From assembly GCA_963803145.1 (NCBI GenBank), contig CAWDLW010000023.1:1-64000 (forward strand): a stretch of 64,000 nt of DNA. The letters run 5' to 3'. Below are positions 21,995 through 31,807 of this stretch, one piece after another; the first letter of the stretch is position 1; each line of letters begins with the position of its first letter. This DNA is from Methanotrichaceae archaeon. GTDB lineage: Archaea; Halobacteriota; Methanosarcinia; Methanotrichales; Methanotrichaceae. Both the position numbers and the translations under genes were made by a program. Below the pieces are notes generated by a model, which did no database searches, was not told the origin of the DNA, and was given only the letters and a program-made list of their open reading frames with translations.

Positions 21995-22786
21995 ATGGAC
22001 TCGATGTTTATCCGGTCTCTGGAGGAGAGGGCGAGGCGGAAGCATGCACGTATAGGCATCGGCATATGGAACGCGGATGACGAGCTGATCGACTGCCTAA
22101 AATCTGCCGCTGAGTATGCGGATATTGTCTTAGTAGGAACTCTGAATTGCGATTGTGACCTGGATTACATCGCAACAGATGAGCCCTGGAAGGGGCTGGT
22201 GAAACTCTTGGCGGAGGGCAAAATAGATGGGGCAGTCAGAGGCAACTTGCCTGCTGGAAGGACGATGAGAGCATTATCTCATCAGTTTGGGATAATAGTG
22301 AAGCGATTGGCCTTAATAGAGCTCTCAGGCTGGTCGTTCTTCCTTGGGCCTGTGGGAATTGACGAGGGCGATTCCATATCAGATAGGCTAAGCCTGGCGC
22401 TGGATGGCGCGAAGTATCTGATGAACATGGGCATTTCACCGAAGGTCTCGATCCTCTCAGGCGGCAGAATGGAGGATCTGGGCAGAAGCGAGAAAGTTGA
22501 TCGAAGCCTTGCAGAAGGAGAGTTCATAGCTGCTAGAGCGAGGGATGCAGGCAGGGATGTAGCGCACAAGGGAATCCTGATCGAGAACTGCAAGAACGAT
22601 GATCTGATAATAGCGCCGGATGGTATTTCAGGAAATCTTATTTTCCGAACACTGTTGCTTTTATGCGGTGCTAATGCTCTTGGAGCGCCTGTTTTGATGG
22701 ATAAGATATTCGTTGATTCAAGCAGGGCACGCGGGAACTTCGATGGACCTATTATGCTTGCAAGCGCTATGGCTGGGATGAGATAG
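21995..22786 (+). CDS. mtxX: Methanogenesis marker protein 4 / MtxX
   Basis: DGAVRG, GPVGIDEG, LSGGRMED, APDGISGNLIFR, FVDSSR. Confidence 0.88.
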   Translation: MDSMFIRSLEERARRKHARIGIGIWNADDELIDCLKSAAEYADIVLVGTLNCDCDLDYIATDEPWKGLVKLLAEGKIDGAVRGNLPAGRTMRALSHQFGIIVKRLALIELSGWSFFLGPVGIDEGDSISDRLSLALDGAKYLMNMGISPKVSILSGGRMEDLGRSEKVDRSLAEGEFIAARARDAGRDVAHKGILIENCKNDDLIIAPDGISGNLIFRTLLLLCGANALGAPVLMDKIFVDSSRARGNFDGPIMLASAMAGMR

Positions 22787-22832
22787 CGGTAAAATTAAGA
22801 ATAGCAGCAGTAAAAGAAATGACGATGAGATT

Positions 22833-24164
22833 TCAGCTCTTTATAGCTGCCTTCTCATCCTTGGTGTAAGTATCCCTAAGATCAACTACCTTCTTGCTCT
22901 TTCCTGCGGTTCTGGGGATGCTGCCCTTCTCCACAAGCTCGACCTTGCTGCGAATGTTCAGCACTGACTTGAGCTTGCTTTCAACCTTCTTCTGGATATG
23001 AGCTAGATCCTGAATCTCGCCTGTAAATGCCTCATCTTTCAACTCAACTTGAATTGTCAGCTCATCGAGGCCGTGTTTCGGTCTGTCGACTACAACCTGG
23101 AAGTAGTTACCGATCTCAGGCATGCTCACTAGCACATCCTCGATTTGGCTTGGGAATACATTGATTCCACGTACAATCAGCATATCGTCAGCCCGCCCAA
23201 GGAATCTGTGGAGCTTTCTTGCGGTTCTTCCACAGCTGCATTTTTCATCCAGGATGTAGGTCACATCTCCTGTGTGATATCTGATGAGCGGCATTGCTTC
23301 CTTTGTTAGAGAGGTCAGAACAAGCTCACCGGGCTCCCCTGGAGCACATGGCTCCTCGTTCTCATCCAGAACCTCCACAATGAAGTGATCCTCCCAGATG
23401 TGCAGACCGTTCTGCTCCTGACACTCGAATGCTACACCAGGGCCGAACATCTCCGACAGCCCATAGGAATCGTAGGCTTTTATTCTCAGCGCATCCTCAA
23501 GCTCGTTCCTGGCCTCATCAGACCATGGCTCGGCGCCAAAGCATCCAATTCTAAGCTTCAGCTTATCCACAACACCTCGATCCTTTGCAGTCTCTGCGAG
23601 GTAAAGAGCATATGAAGGAGTGCAGTGTAATGCAGTCACGCCGAAGTCCTGCATTATCTCAAGCTGGCGATCTGTATTGCCGACGCCAGATGGAACTGCC
23701 ATTGCACCCATGCGCTCGATTCCATAGTGAATGCCTAAGCCGCCTGTGAAAAAGCCGTAGTTAACAGCATTCTGGAAAACGTCCTTCTTGGTAACGCCCA
23801 CCATCACAAAGTCTCTTGCCATCAGGTCAGACCAGGTTTCGATATCGTTCTTTGTGTAGCCGACGACAGTGGGCTTTCCTGTCGTTCCTGAGGAGGCGTG
23901 AACTCTGACGACCTCATCGCGGGGAACGGCAAAGAGGCCAAAGGGATAGGTCTCTCGAAGGTTTGCTTTCCGGGTGGTGGGAAGTCTGCTTAAATCTTTG
24001 AGGCTCTGAATGTCTTGCGGAGAGATGCCTGCCTCTTTCAGCTTGTCGTGATAGAATGGCACATTTTTGTAGACCTTCTCAACTGTGCTCTTGAGCCGCT
24101 TGAGCTGCAGATCCTCAAGCTCGGCCCTATTCATAAGCTCGAATTCAGGTTGCCAATAAGTCAT
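22833..24164 (-). CDS. paaK: Phenylacetate--CoA ligase family protein
   Basis: HASSGTTGKP, YGLSE, GRADDMLIVRGINVFPSQIE. Confidence 0.88.
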   Translation of the reverse strand: MTYWQPEFELMNRAELEDLQLKRLKSTVEKVYKNVPFYHDKLKEAGISPQDIQSLKDLSRLPTTRKANLRETYPFGLFAVPRDEVVRVHASSGTTGKPTVVGYTKNDIETWSDLMARDFVMVGVTKKDVFQNAVNYGFFTGGLGIHYGIERMGAMAVPSGVGNTDRQLEIMQDFGVTALHCTPSYALYLAETAKDRGVVDKLKLRIGCFGAEPWSDEARNELEDALRIKAYDSYGLSEMFGPGVAFECQEQNGLHIWEDHFIVEVLDENEEPCAPGEPGELVLTSLTKEAMPLIRYHTGDVTYILDEKCSCGRTARKLHRFLGRADDMLIVRGINVFPSQIEDVLVSMPEIGNYFQVVVDRPKHGLDELTIQVELKDEAFTGEIQDLAHIQKKVESKLKSVLNIRSKVELVEKGSIPRTAGKSKKVVDLRDTYTKDEKAAIKS

Positions 24165-24338
24165 ATCGATACCTGGATAAATTTGATATATCGATGTAGC
24201 TTCCCGATTACGCTACGCCGTGCCTTGAGAAATGTAGTCAGAGTATATCAATAATTCCCTATCTAAGGAAAGAAGCGCAGGAGATTGAAAGATTGAGCTT
24301 TATAAAGCAGGACTGGTTCATGCTTGCCTTCCACTTTT

Positions 24339-24488
24339 TTAGTCCACATGGGCTACACAAGTCCAATGATAATACCCATGAATACCAGTGCCTGTCACCT
24401 GGTCGAACTCCTCCAGTTCACAGCCGCAAATCTGGCAGATTTCGCCATCTTCCACCTCGATCTCTCCATCATTGCATAGTATTATCAT
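24339..24488 (-). CDS. 49-aa zinc-finger microprotein (absent from ORF track)
   Basis: MIILCNDGEIEVEDGEICQICGCELEEFDQVTGTGIHGYYHWTCVAHVD; CxxC...HxxC; TTTAAA box ~24 nt upstream. Confidence 0.7.
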   Translation of the reverse strand: MIILCNDGEIEVEDGEICQICGCELEEFDQVTGTGIHGYYHWTCVAHVD

Positions 24489-24593
24489 CGAGTTAAAATA
24501 GTAACCAGTGCCTTTAAACCTTTCGTCTTGGATCTCCTGGAATTTGCCTTATTTAATAATTTTTTATAAATTTCCTACTGTTGGCTTCTGTAA

Positions 24594-26342
24594 TTATTTT
24601 ACCTGGACTGCAGAAAAGTCGCCGCTCTTTGCCCTTTTTATCTCCCTATCGATTATCCTTCTAAGAATGGCTGCAGAGCACGCATATATCGCTTCTACTC
24701 CGGCAAACCCCAGATTTTCGCTGAGGAGGCTCACCCTTTTGCTGTAAGGAGTATCGGAAGCATAGTGCAGCATCCCAAGTTCATAACTTCGTCTCTCTGA
24801 TAGATCTATCTCTGTTCCTGCAGGAGTTCGTTTCTTGTATAGGCTCTCATAGATAGCGCACAGATATGGCCCTGCTTCCATCTCTATATCATTATAGTCC
24901 TCTTGGCGAAACTTCTCCATCATCTCCCAATTGTGAAGAAAGGTCCCCTTGACAGTGATCGCCTTCTGACTGTCGAACACAGCCGAGTTTATCATCAGAT
25001 CCCTCATATCTCTAATTGAGAAACAGTTATTGAAAGTGAATGCATTCTTCGAGTGCATGTCATAAACCTCTGTTGGAATCATGACATCTCCAAGGCGTCC
25101 TTGCATGGTTGCAGCCTTGCCCATTATATATATGCCCTCCAGGTCTCTGATCCTTGAGCAGATCAGGCTCAGTAGATAGTAGGCTGCCAATCCCAGAGGA
25201 TAATCAATATTGAGGATTATAGCTCTGCTCTTTTGAAGCATCTCTGAACCGTCGAGCCGCAGCCGTGGATCCATCCTTTCAGGCTTGAGATTGCAGACCT
25301 CTACAATCTGGCATCTGATATCTAATGACGTAGATGCCTCATAGCGCATTATGCCGGACTCTTCTTCCATCTTTCTCATCTCGTCCTTTCGCCCGGGATC
25401 CGCATCAAGGTAGCTTTGTAGTGCATTGTAGACCAGACTATCCTGTAGGCGCGGCTCTTCATCTGACTGAATCAGGCCCCATATGCTGTTGAGCCATTCC
25501 TTATTAGCATCCATTAGCCTGTCGAGGATTGCCCCTCTATGGCTGGATGCAAATCCGGAGAGGAGATCTGCCAGGCTATAATCATTGCTGGATACAAAAT
25601 ATACCGGCCTTTCCGCTAAATTCAGGTTCTTGAACTGGAACGAAAACTGATCCCACCATTCCTGGTATACCTGCCTGTAATCATCGAGCTTATCGGAACT
25701 GAGCACCACTTTGAAGCTCTTGGTGGACTTAGCCAGAGCTGCCGCCTTCTCATTCCAGTTCTCGCCCCAGACCTTCCGCAGCAGCGCCCAGTTGTCCTGC
25801 GATATGTCAATCGCCTTTCTTAAGCGCTCATCAACATCATCAGCCCTGACAGCGCCTGAGGCCAGGTCCCGTCCTATATGAGTCCGAGCTAAACGGGTAT
25901 GCATCTTATTCCATTCCATCTGGAAACAGGTCAGAGATGAGATCAGGTCGTCTATATCAGAGGGGCTGCAGATGAATACAACCAGCCTTCCTCCGCCATC
26001 TGAGAGCATGAAACGGTTTCGTACTTGAGCCCTGGCTGGCCGCCAGAGAGTAAAATCCTTCAAACTCCCAAGGCATGCTCTAGACAGGGCATCCTCGGTC
26101 TGGCCCATGTATATGCTCTCTACCCTCTCCAGAAAGGGCGGAAGGCGCCTGACAGAGTAAAGGAAAGCAGAGACATCCACCTCATCAGAGCTGGCCAGAG
26201 AATGAAGGCTGGACTTCATCTCGGCATGCATCGTCTCCAGATCGCAAATGGCCAGCGTCACCTGACTGCCTAAAAGGGAGTAACATGCCTTGAGATACTT
26301 CTCAACTGTTTCTTCCTTGGATCCTTGGAGCATATGCCTCAT
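24594..26342 (-). CDS. Hypothetical protein with nucleoside-phosphorylase-like C-terminal motifs
   Basis: YIMGKAA...GDVMIP, DIEMEAG, YASD motifs; directly downstream of the permease. Confidence 0.6.
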   Translation of the reverse strand: MRHMLQGSKEETVEKYLKACYSLLGSQVTLAICDLETMHAEMKSSLHSLASSDEVDVSAFLYSVRRLPPFLERVESIYMGQTEDALSRACLGSLKDFTLWRPARAQVRNRFMLSDGGGRLVVFICSPSDIDDLISSLTCFQMEWNKMHTRLARTHIGRDLASGAVRADDVDERLRKAIDISQDNWALLRKVWGENWNEKAAALAKSTKSFKVVLSSDKLDDYRQVYQEWWDQFSFQFKNLNLAERPVYFVSSNDYSLADLLSGFASSHRGAILDRLMDANKEWLNSIWGLIQSDEEPRLQDSLVYNALQSYLDADPGRKDEMRKMEEESGIMRYEASTSLDIRCQIVEVCNLKPERMDPRLRLDGSEMLQKSRAIILNIDYPLGLAAYYLLSLICSRIRDLEGIYIMGKAATMQGRLGDVMIPTEVYDMHSKNAFTFNNCFSIRDMRDLMINSAVFDSQKAITVKGTFLHNWEMMEKFRQEDYNDIEMEAGPYLCAIYESLYKKRTPAGTEIDLSERRSYELGMLHYASDTPYSKRVSLLSENLGFAGVEAIYACSAAILRRIIDREIKRAKSGDFSAVQVK

Positions 26343-26363
26343 CTTTCATCTCCAAAGCAGCAG

Positions 26364-27698
26364 CTAGAGAGAAAAGCGGCTCAAGTCCAACAGCAGCAGC
26401 AATGAAAGAAAGGCCATTGCCCACATAGCCCCGGGGATCTGGCTTCTTTTTCCACTTGCAGCTTTGAGCGTAACCCAGCTCAGGCATCCCCATATGATTC
26501 CCTGGGCTATAGAATTGGTAAGGGGCATGAGGAACATGGCCATGAAGAATGGGATAGCATCGTCTGAGCGCTCCCAGCGCACATATATTAGCGGCTTGAG
26601 CATAAACACTCCTGCCAGTACCAGGACAGGAGCTGTAGCCGCTGTCGGAACAAAGGACAGAAGAGGCGAGAGGAATAGAAATGGCAGAAACAGAAGGCCG
26701 CTCACGAGAGCAGCGAGCCCGGTCCGTCCGCCTTCTTTAACGCCTGTAGCCGACTCTATATATGATGTGGAGGGGCTGGTCCCAATAATTCCTGACAGGA
26801 TCACGCTCAATGCATTTACCCTCATGCTTCTCTGCAGGTTTCGAGGGATTCTATCCTCATCAATCAGGTTTCCTGCTTCGCATATCCCAATGCAGGTGGA
26901 GAGTCCGTCAAAGAAGCAGGAGAAAAGGAAGAGGAATATCACTGGCCATAGATGTGGGTTTAGAGCTCCATAGCAGTCCAGCTGCATCACAAGGCTCAGA
27001 TCCGGCCAGGCAATCAGGCTGTTGGAGGGACCTGCAGTCAATGAAAGCGAGCTGCTTAATAGATAATTCGAAGCCTGTATCATCAAGGCGGTGGCCACGA
27101 TTCCGATTATAAAGCTGCCCTGCACTTTTCGCACAACAAGCACAGAGGTAATCATGAGCCCTGCCAGGAAGATGAGAGTTGTAATGTTGATCTTTCCCCA
27201 GCCAAGGATTCCGTTATCCGCGGGGACTACAAATCCGGCAGCCTCAAATCCGATCATTGCAATGAAGAGGCCTATCCCTCCAGCCAGGCCAAATCTGAGC
27301 ATTGGAGGGATTTCCATCAATATGCGTCTATCCCTGTCGATCAAAATGAGAAGCAAGAAGATCAATCCTGCCCAGAATACACATCCAAGGGCGACTCTCC
27401 ACGGGATGCCTTCTGCTTGGACCAATGAAGCTGCCATGAGCGCATTCAGGCCCATTCCTGGAGCCACAAGGATGGGATTTTTGGCATAGAGCCCCATCAT
27501 TATGCTGCTAAAGGCGCTCACCAGGACAGTGGCCGTAAGCACTGCACTAAAGGGCATGCCCGCTGCATGGAGAATTGTTGGATTGACTGTAATAATGTAC
27601 ATTGAGGCCATAAAGATGGTGATCCCAGCCAAGACCTCTGTCTTAACATCTGTGCCGTTATTATCCAGATCAAACCATTGAGATAGGCTGAAGCTCAT
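26364..27698 (-). CDS. NCS2/AzgA-family purine permease
   Basis: EVLAGIT, YIITVNP, APGMGLNA, YIESATGVKEGGRTGL. Confidence 0.92.
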   Translation of the reverse strand: MSFSLSQWFDLDNNGTDVKTEVLAGITIFMASMYIITVNPTILHAAGMPFSAVLTATVLVSAFSSIMMGLYAKNPILVAPGMGLNALMAASLVQAEGIPWRVALGCVFWAGLIFLLLILIDRDRRILMEIPPMLRFGLAGGIGLFIAMIGFEAAGFVVPADNGILGWGKINITTLIFLAGLMITSVLVVRKVQGSFIIGIVATALMIQASNYLLSSSLSLTAGPSNSLIAWPDLSLVMQLDCYGALNPHLWPVIFLFLFSCFFDGLSTCIGICEAGNLIDEDRIPRNLQRSMRVNALSVILSGIIGTSPSTSYIESATGVKEGGRTGLAALVSGLLFLPFLFLSPLLSFVPTAATAPVLVLAGVFMLKPLIYVRWERSDDAIPFFMAMFLMPLTNSIAQGIIWGCLSWVTLKAASGKRSQIPGAMWAMAFLSLLLLLDLSRFSL

Positions 27699-27987
27699 AG
27701 ATCGGTCTTTTCCCGGTATATCTGCTGTCGCTTGGCTCCAAGTGAGACTCTACCATTTATTTATTTTTTGCTCTCTGCGATTAAAAAGCCCTAATGAAAG
27801 CAGGAGATCATGCCTAGATTTAACCTTCAAATTCCACTTTCTGAAACTTCAATATTCGTAGCAGCATGAGCTGTAGTCAGTTCACATATCTTATTATCAT
27901 TCACTCCAAACCTCTGCAGGCAATCGATTGCCGACCTGAATCGATAAATTCATAACGATCCTATCACGCTAGTTACAGCCTGTAGAG

Positions 27988-30336
27988 GTGCGAGTATTGA
28001 AGATAGTCGGTCTAACCGATAGCGAAGTTAATTCCAATTTGCGCGCAGCCGGCATAGGTATGTCGGTCTCCGAGGCGCGCTCCATTGCAGAAGTACTGGG
28101 ACGAGATCCTACGCTCACTGAGCTATTCTGCTATGATGCTATGTGGTCTGAGCACTGCTCATACAAAAGCAGCCGAGCTACATTGAAAGAGTTCCTTCCA
28201 ACAGAAGGTCCCAATGTCGTGATGGGTCCCGTTGAGGATTCAGGCATTGTTGCCATTGACGATAAATGGTGCGTCGTCATCTCACATGAGAGCCATAACC
28301 ATCCGAGCCAAGTGCTGCCCAACGAGGGAGCAGCCACTGGAATTGGCGGAGATGTCCGTGATGTGAACTGCATGGGCGCAACAGTGGTTGCAACCGCAGA
28401 TCCTCTAAGATTTGGCGATCCTTACGGCCCTCAGGCAAACAAGGTCAGATGGGTGGCCGAAGGCGTTGTAGACGGTATATGGCAGTACGGCAATGCTCTC
28501 GGCGTTCCAAATATGGCCGGTGATGTGGTATTCAATGAAAGCTTCGATTTCAACTGCCTTGTCAACGTCGTTGCAATCGGCGTAATGAAGAGAAATGAGA
28601 TCATAAGGTCGCGTGCGCCAAAAGGTGCAGACGAAGAAGAGTATGATGTCATCCTAGTCGGAAAACCGACGGATGCGAGCGGCCTCGGTGGTGTGACATT
28701 TGCATCAGTCGGTTTGAAAGAGGAAGATGAGTCCACTAACCGGGGGGCCGTCCAAATTCCAGATCCATTCCTAAAGAACGTGCTTTTCAAAGCAAACGAT
28801 GATCTTTTTAGGCTCACCAGAGATTCAGGACTTGAAATAGGCTTCAAGGATCTGGGCGGAGGAGGCTTCACCTGTGCTACATCCGAGATGGGAGCCGCAG
28901 CTGGCTTTGGAATGGAAATCGATTTGGATAATATGCACAAGGCCGGGGACTTTCCACCTGAGGTTCTTTCAATCGCCGAGACCCAAGAACGCTTCCTGAT
29001 CATATCGCCCCCGGAGCTCAGGGAAAAGATTCTCAGGATTTACAATGAGGATTGGGATCTGCCCAATGTATATGAGGGCGCAAGGGCAAGCGTTGTCGGC
29101 AAGATAACCAAAAACGACAGATTCGTAGTAAAGCATAAAGGCCAGACGGTAGTCGATGTGCCGATCCAGCATCTCACAGGCGGCATCCGTTATAAACGCG
29201 AAGAAAAGCCGCGTCTAAGAAGCTTTACTGAGCCGACCATCGAGGAGCCAAAGAATTACAACGAGATTATGCTCAAGATCCTCGGATCTCCAAATATAGC
29301 ATCCAGGGAGCATATCTACAGATACTACGATACAAGCGTCATGGGCAACACAGTCATCAGGTCGGGAGAGGCGGATGCCGGGCTGATTGCGCCTGTTCGT
29401 GGTGAAAAGTTCGGAGTTGCCCTTTCAGTTGATTCGAACCCATTTTATGGAAGGATCAGCCCCTATTGGGGCGGAGCCACTGCTGTTGCTGAGGCAATGA
29501 GGAATATTGCTGCAATTGGAGCTACGCCCTCATGCATCACGGATTGTCTGAACTTTGGGAACCCTGAGAAGCCTGAGGCCTTCTGGGAGTTCCGTGAGGC
29601 TGTCAAGGGCCTGGCCGAATCCTGCAAGAAGATCTGGATGAAGGGATATGCGGATCAGCCGATTCCCATTGTTTCAGGAAATGTAAGCTTCTACAATGAA
29701 TCTCCAGCAGGCTCTGTAGATCCATCACCAGTTATCGCATGTGTCGGAATCATCAAAGACTTCGATAAGGCAGTCACCCAGGATTTGAAGGCTGCAGGGG
29801 ACAAGCTCTACCTGATCGGCCCGAGGTATGATGAGCTTGGAGGCTCTGAGTACTATAAGACCATCTTCGGAGTGACTGGAGCAAATGTTCCAATCGTCAG
29901 GTTTGAGCTTGAGAGAAACATGATCTATGCTGTGATCGATGCCATAGATCAGGGCCTTGTAGCAGCCTGCCACGATATATCCAATGGCGGTCTTGCATGC
30001 ACAGCAGCCGAAATGGCACTGGTGCTGCCGGCCAAGCTTGGATTTGAGCTTGATCTTGATAAGGCTGATAAGGCTGGTAAAGCCGGAGACACAAACTTGA
30101 GGACCGATAAGCTCCTCTTCTCCGAATCCGCAGGATTCGTCATCGAAGTAAAGCAGGGCTCCGAGGATAAGCTGACAGATATTCTGAGGGGATATGGCCT
30201 TGAGCCGATGGAGATCGGAAAGGTTACGGAAGCAAGAAGAATGACCGTGAAGAGAAAGGATAAGGTTGCAATGGACCTTGATCTGGATGCGGCAAGAAAT
30301 GTTTGGACAACTGGACTTTCAGAGGCGATGAGATGA
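27988..30336 (+). CDS. purL: Phosphoribosylformylglycinamidine synthase subunit PurL
   Basis: WSEHCSYKSS, ESHNHPS, ETQER, NFGNPEKP, SGNVSFYN. Confidence 0.97.
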   Translation: MRVLKIVGLTDSEVNSNLRAAGIGMSVSEARSIAEVLGRDPTLTELFCYDAMWSEHCSYKSSRATLKEFLPTEGPNVVMGPVEDSGIVAIDDKWCVVISHESHNHPSQVLPNEGAATGIGGDVRDVNCMGATVVATADPLRFGDPYGPQANKVRWVAEGVVDGIWQYGNALGVPNMAGDVVFNESFDFNCLVNVVAIGVMKRNEIIRSRAPKGADEEEYDVILVGKPTDASGLGGVTFASVGLKEEDESTNRGAVQIPDPFLKNVLFKANDDLFRLTRDSGLEIGFKDLGGGGFTCATSEMGAAAGFGMEIDLDNMHKAGDFPPEVLSIAETQERFLIISPPELREKILRIYNEDWDLPNVYEGARASVVGKITKNDRFVVKHKGQTVVDVPIQHLTGGIRYKREEKPRLRSFTEPTIEEPKNYNEIMLKILGSPNIASREHIYRYYDTSVMGNTVIRSGEADAGLIAPVRGEKFGVALSVDSNPFYGRISPYWGGATAVAEAMRNIAAIGATPSCITDCLNFGNPEKPEAFWEFREAVKGLAESCKKIWMKGYADQPIPIVSGNVSFYNESPAGSVDPSPVIACVGIIKDFDKAVTQDLKAAGDKLYLIGPRYDELGGSEYYKTIFGVTGANVPIVRFELERNMIYAVIDAIDQGLVAACHDISNGGLACTAAEMALVLPAKLGFELDLDKADKAGKAGDTNLRTDKLLFSESAGFVIEVKQGSEDKLTDILRGYGLEPMEIGKVTEARRMTVKRKDKVAMDLDLDAARNVWTTGLSEAMR

Positions 30337-31127
30337 AGATCGCTGTGATGCAGTTTCCAGGCACCAACTGCGAGTATGAGACGCTTGTAGCTGTTAAAGC
30401 ATCTCACATGGATGGAGAGATCTTCCGATGGAACAGATCAGCAGGAGAGCTCTCGGATTTCGATGGCTATGTGGTTCCGGGCGGATTCGCATATCAGGAT
30501 AGGGTTCGAGCCGGCGCGATAGCCTCCAAGGAGCCTGTCATGGATGCTCTAAGGGAGGAAGCCGAGAAAGGAAAGCCCATCATCGGCATCTGCAATGGTT
30601 TCCAGATCCTCGTCGAGACTGGGCTGCTTCCGGGCACAGGCAAGATCGATATGGCCCTGGCCCAGAATGCGATGATCTCGAAGGGCAGGGTTGTGAGGCG
30701 CGGCTACTACTGCGATTGGATAAACATCAGGCATGAAGCTCCTTCGAAGAGGTGCAGCGGGTCATTCCTGATCGATAAGGACGCAATACTGCGGATACCC
30801 ATAGCTCACGGCGAGGGCAATCTGGTTACAACTACTCCGGGGCTCATAGAGAAGCTGAATGAGGAGAATCAGGTGGTCTTCCGCTACTGCGACCCGGCGG
30901 GAAATATTGGGAATGAGTTCCCTGTGAATGTAAACGGAAGCACTGAAAGCATAGCAGGCATCTGCAATCCGGAAGGAAATGTCCTGGGAATGATGCCGCA
31001 TCCTGAGAGGTCATTCTTCGCCTGGCAGCTGCCGTCATTTGATCCCAGAAAACATCTACGGGATGCTCCCGGCCCAGGAAGGCAGGTCTTCGAGTCGATG
31101 AAGCGCTACATTGAGGTGAATGCATGA
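30333..31127 (+). CDS. purQ: FGAM synthase glutaminase subunit PurQ
   Basis: FPGTNC, GICNGFQIL, IAHGEG, MMPHPER; ATGA overlap with purL. Confidence 0.96.
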   Translation: MKIAVMQFPGTNCEYETLVAVKASHMDGEIFRWNRSAGELSDFDGYVVPGGFAYQDRVRAGAIASKEPVMDALREEAEKGKPIIGICNGFQILVETGLLPGTGKIDMALAQNAMISKGRVVRRGYYCDWINIRHEAPSKRCSGSFLIDKDAILRIPIAHGEGNLVTTTPGLIEKLNEENQVVFRYCDPAGNIGNEFPVNVNGSTESIAGICNPEGNVLGMMPHPERSFFAWQLPSFDPRKHLRDAPGPGRQVFESMKRYIEVNA

Positions 31128-31594
31128 GCCGAATTAACTTGCGCGTCTGGCTGAGCATTCCGGATGCCGAGGCTGCGACTGTTAAGAATACGCTTGTTCG
31201 GAGAATGGGCTTCGGGGATGTGCTCCAGGATGTAAAAAAGGAGAGGCTCTTCAGCATCGAGGTTGATTCAGGAGATCCGAAGGAGCTGGCGAAGGCATTT
31301 GCCAAGGAGCTTGTGAACGAGAACAAGGAGAGCCATAAGGTCCTCTTCGATGAGCTCAAGTTCGAAGGCGGCTATGTGCCGGTGAAGGTTGCGCTGCACA
31401 TCGAGGATGGCGAGGCCATATCCACGAGGGATAGGCTGAGGAATCGGCTTGGCTTCAAGAACGTCGTGGACGTGAAGAAGGCTACGATCTGGAAGCTGTA
31501 TCTCAAAGGGAAGAACCCAAAGGACCATGCCAGGGATATAGCAGAGAATCTGCTAATCAATCCGCATAAAGACAGCTATGAGATATTGAGCTGA
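31124..31594 (+). CDS. purS: FGAM synthase subunit PurS (two fused PurS-like domains)
   Basis: Follows purQ; two PurS-like halves ending LVNENKES / LLINPHKDSY. Confidence 0.85.
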   Translation: MSRINLRVWLSIPDAEAATVKNTLVRRMGFGDVLQDVKKERLFSIEVDSGDPKELAKAFAKELVNENKESHKVLFDELKFEGGYVPVKVALHIEDGEAISTRDRLRNRLGFKNVVDVKKATIWKLYLKGKNPKDHARDIAENLLINPHKDSYEILS

Positions 31595-31807
31595 GATCTA
31601 TCTCAGGCTCAACCTCAGGCCCAGAACCAGTCTTAGCCCAGGGCTAAGCCAGCAGGCCAAGAATTCGGTCTGCACTAATTTTTCTAAAATATCGCATCAG
31701 ACCTATTTATGAAAACGGTCCCAGTTCAAGCCCTTTAGCATTTCCATTACAAGCGCAAGATTGGCATAGGCTTATTATGATAGATCTTTAATGAAAGATG
31801 ATGGGAT

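Noticed and set aside
30058-30084. 9-bp tandem repeat in purL (DKADKAGKA); also short tandems at 48055-48088 and 49699-49729
   Set aside because: Ordinary slippage duplications with no evidence of function.
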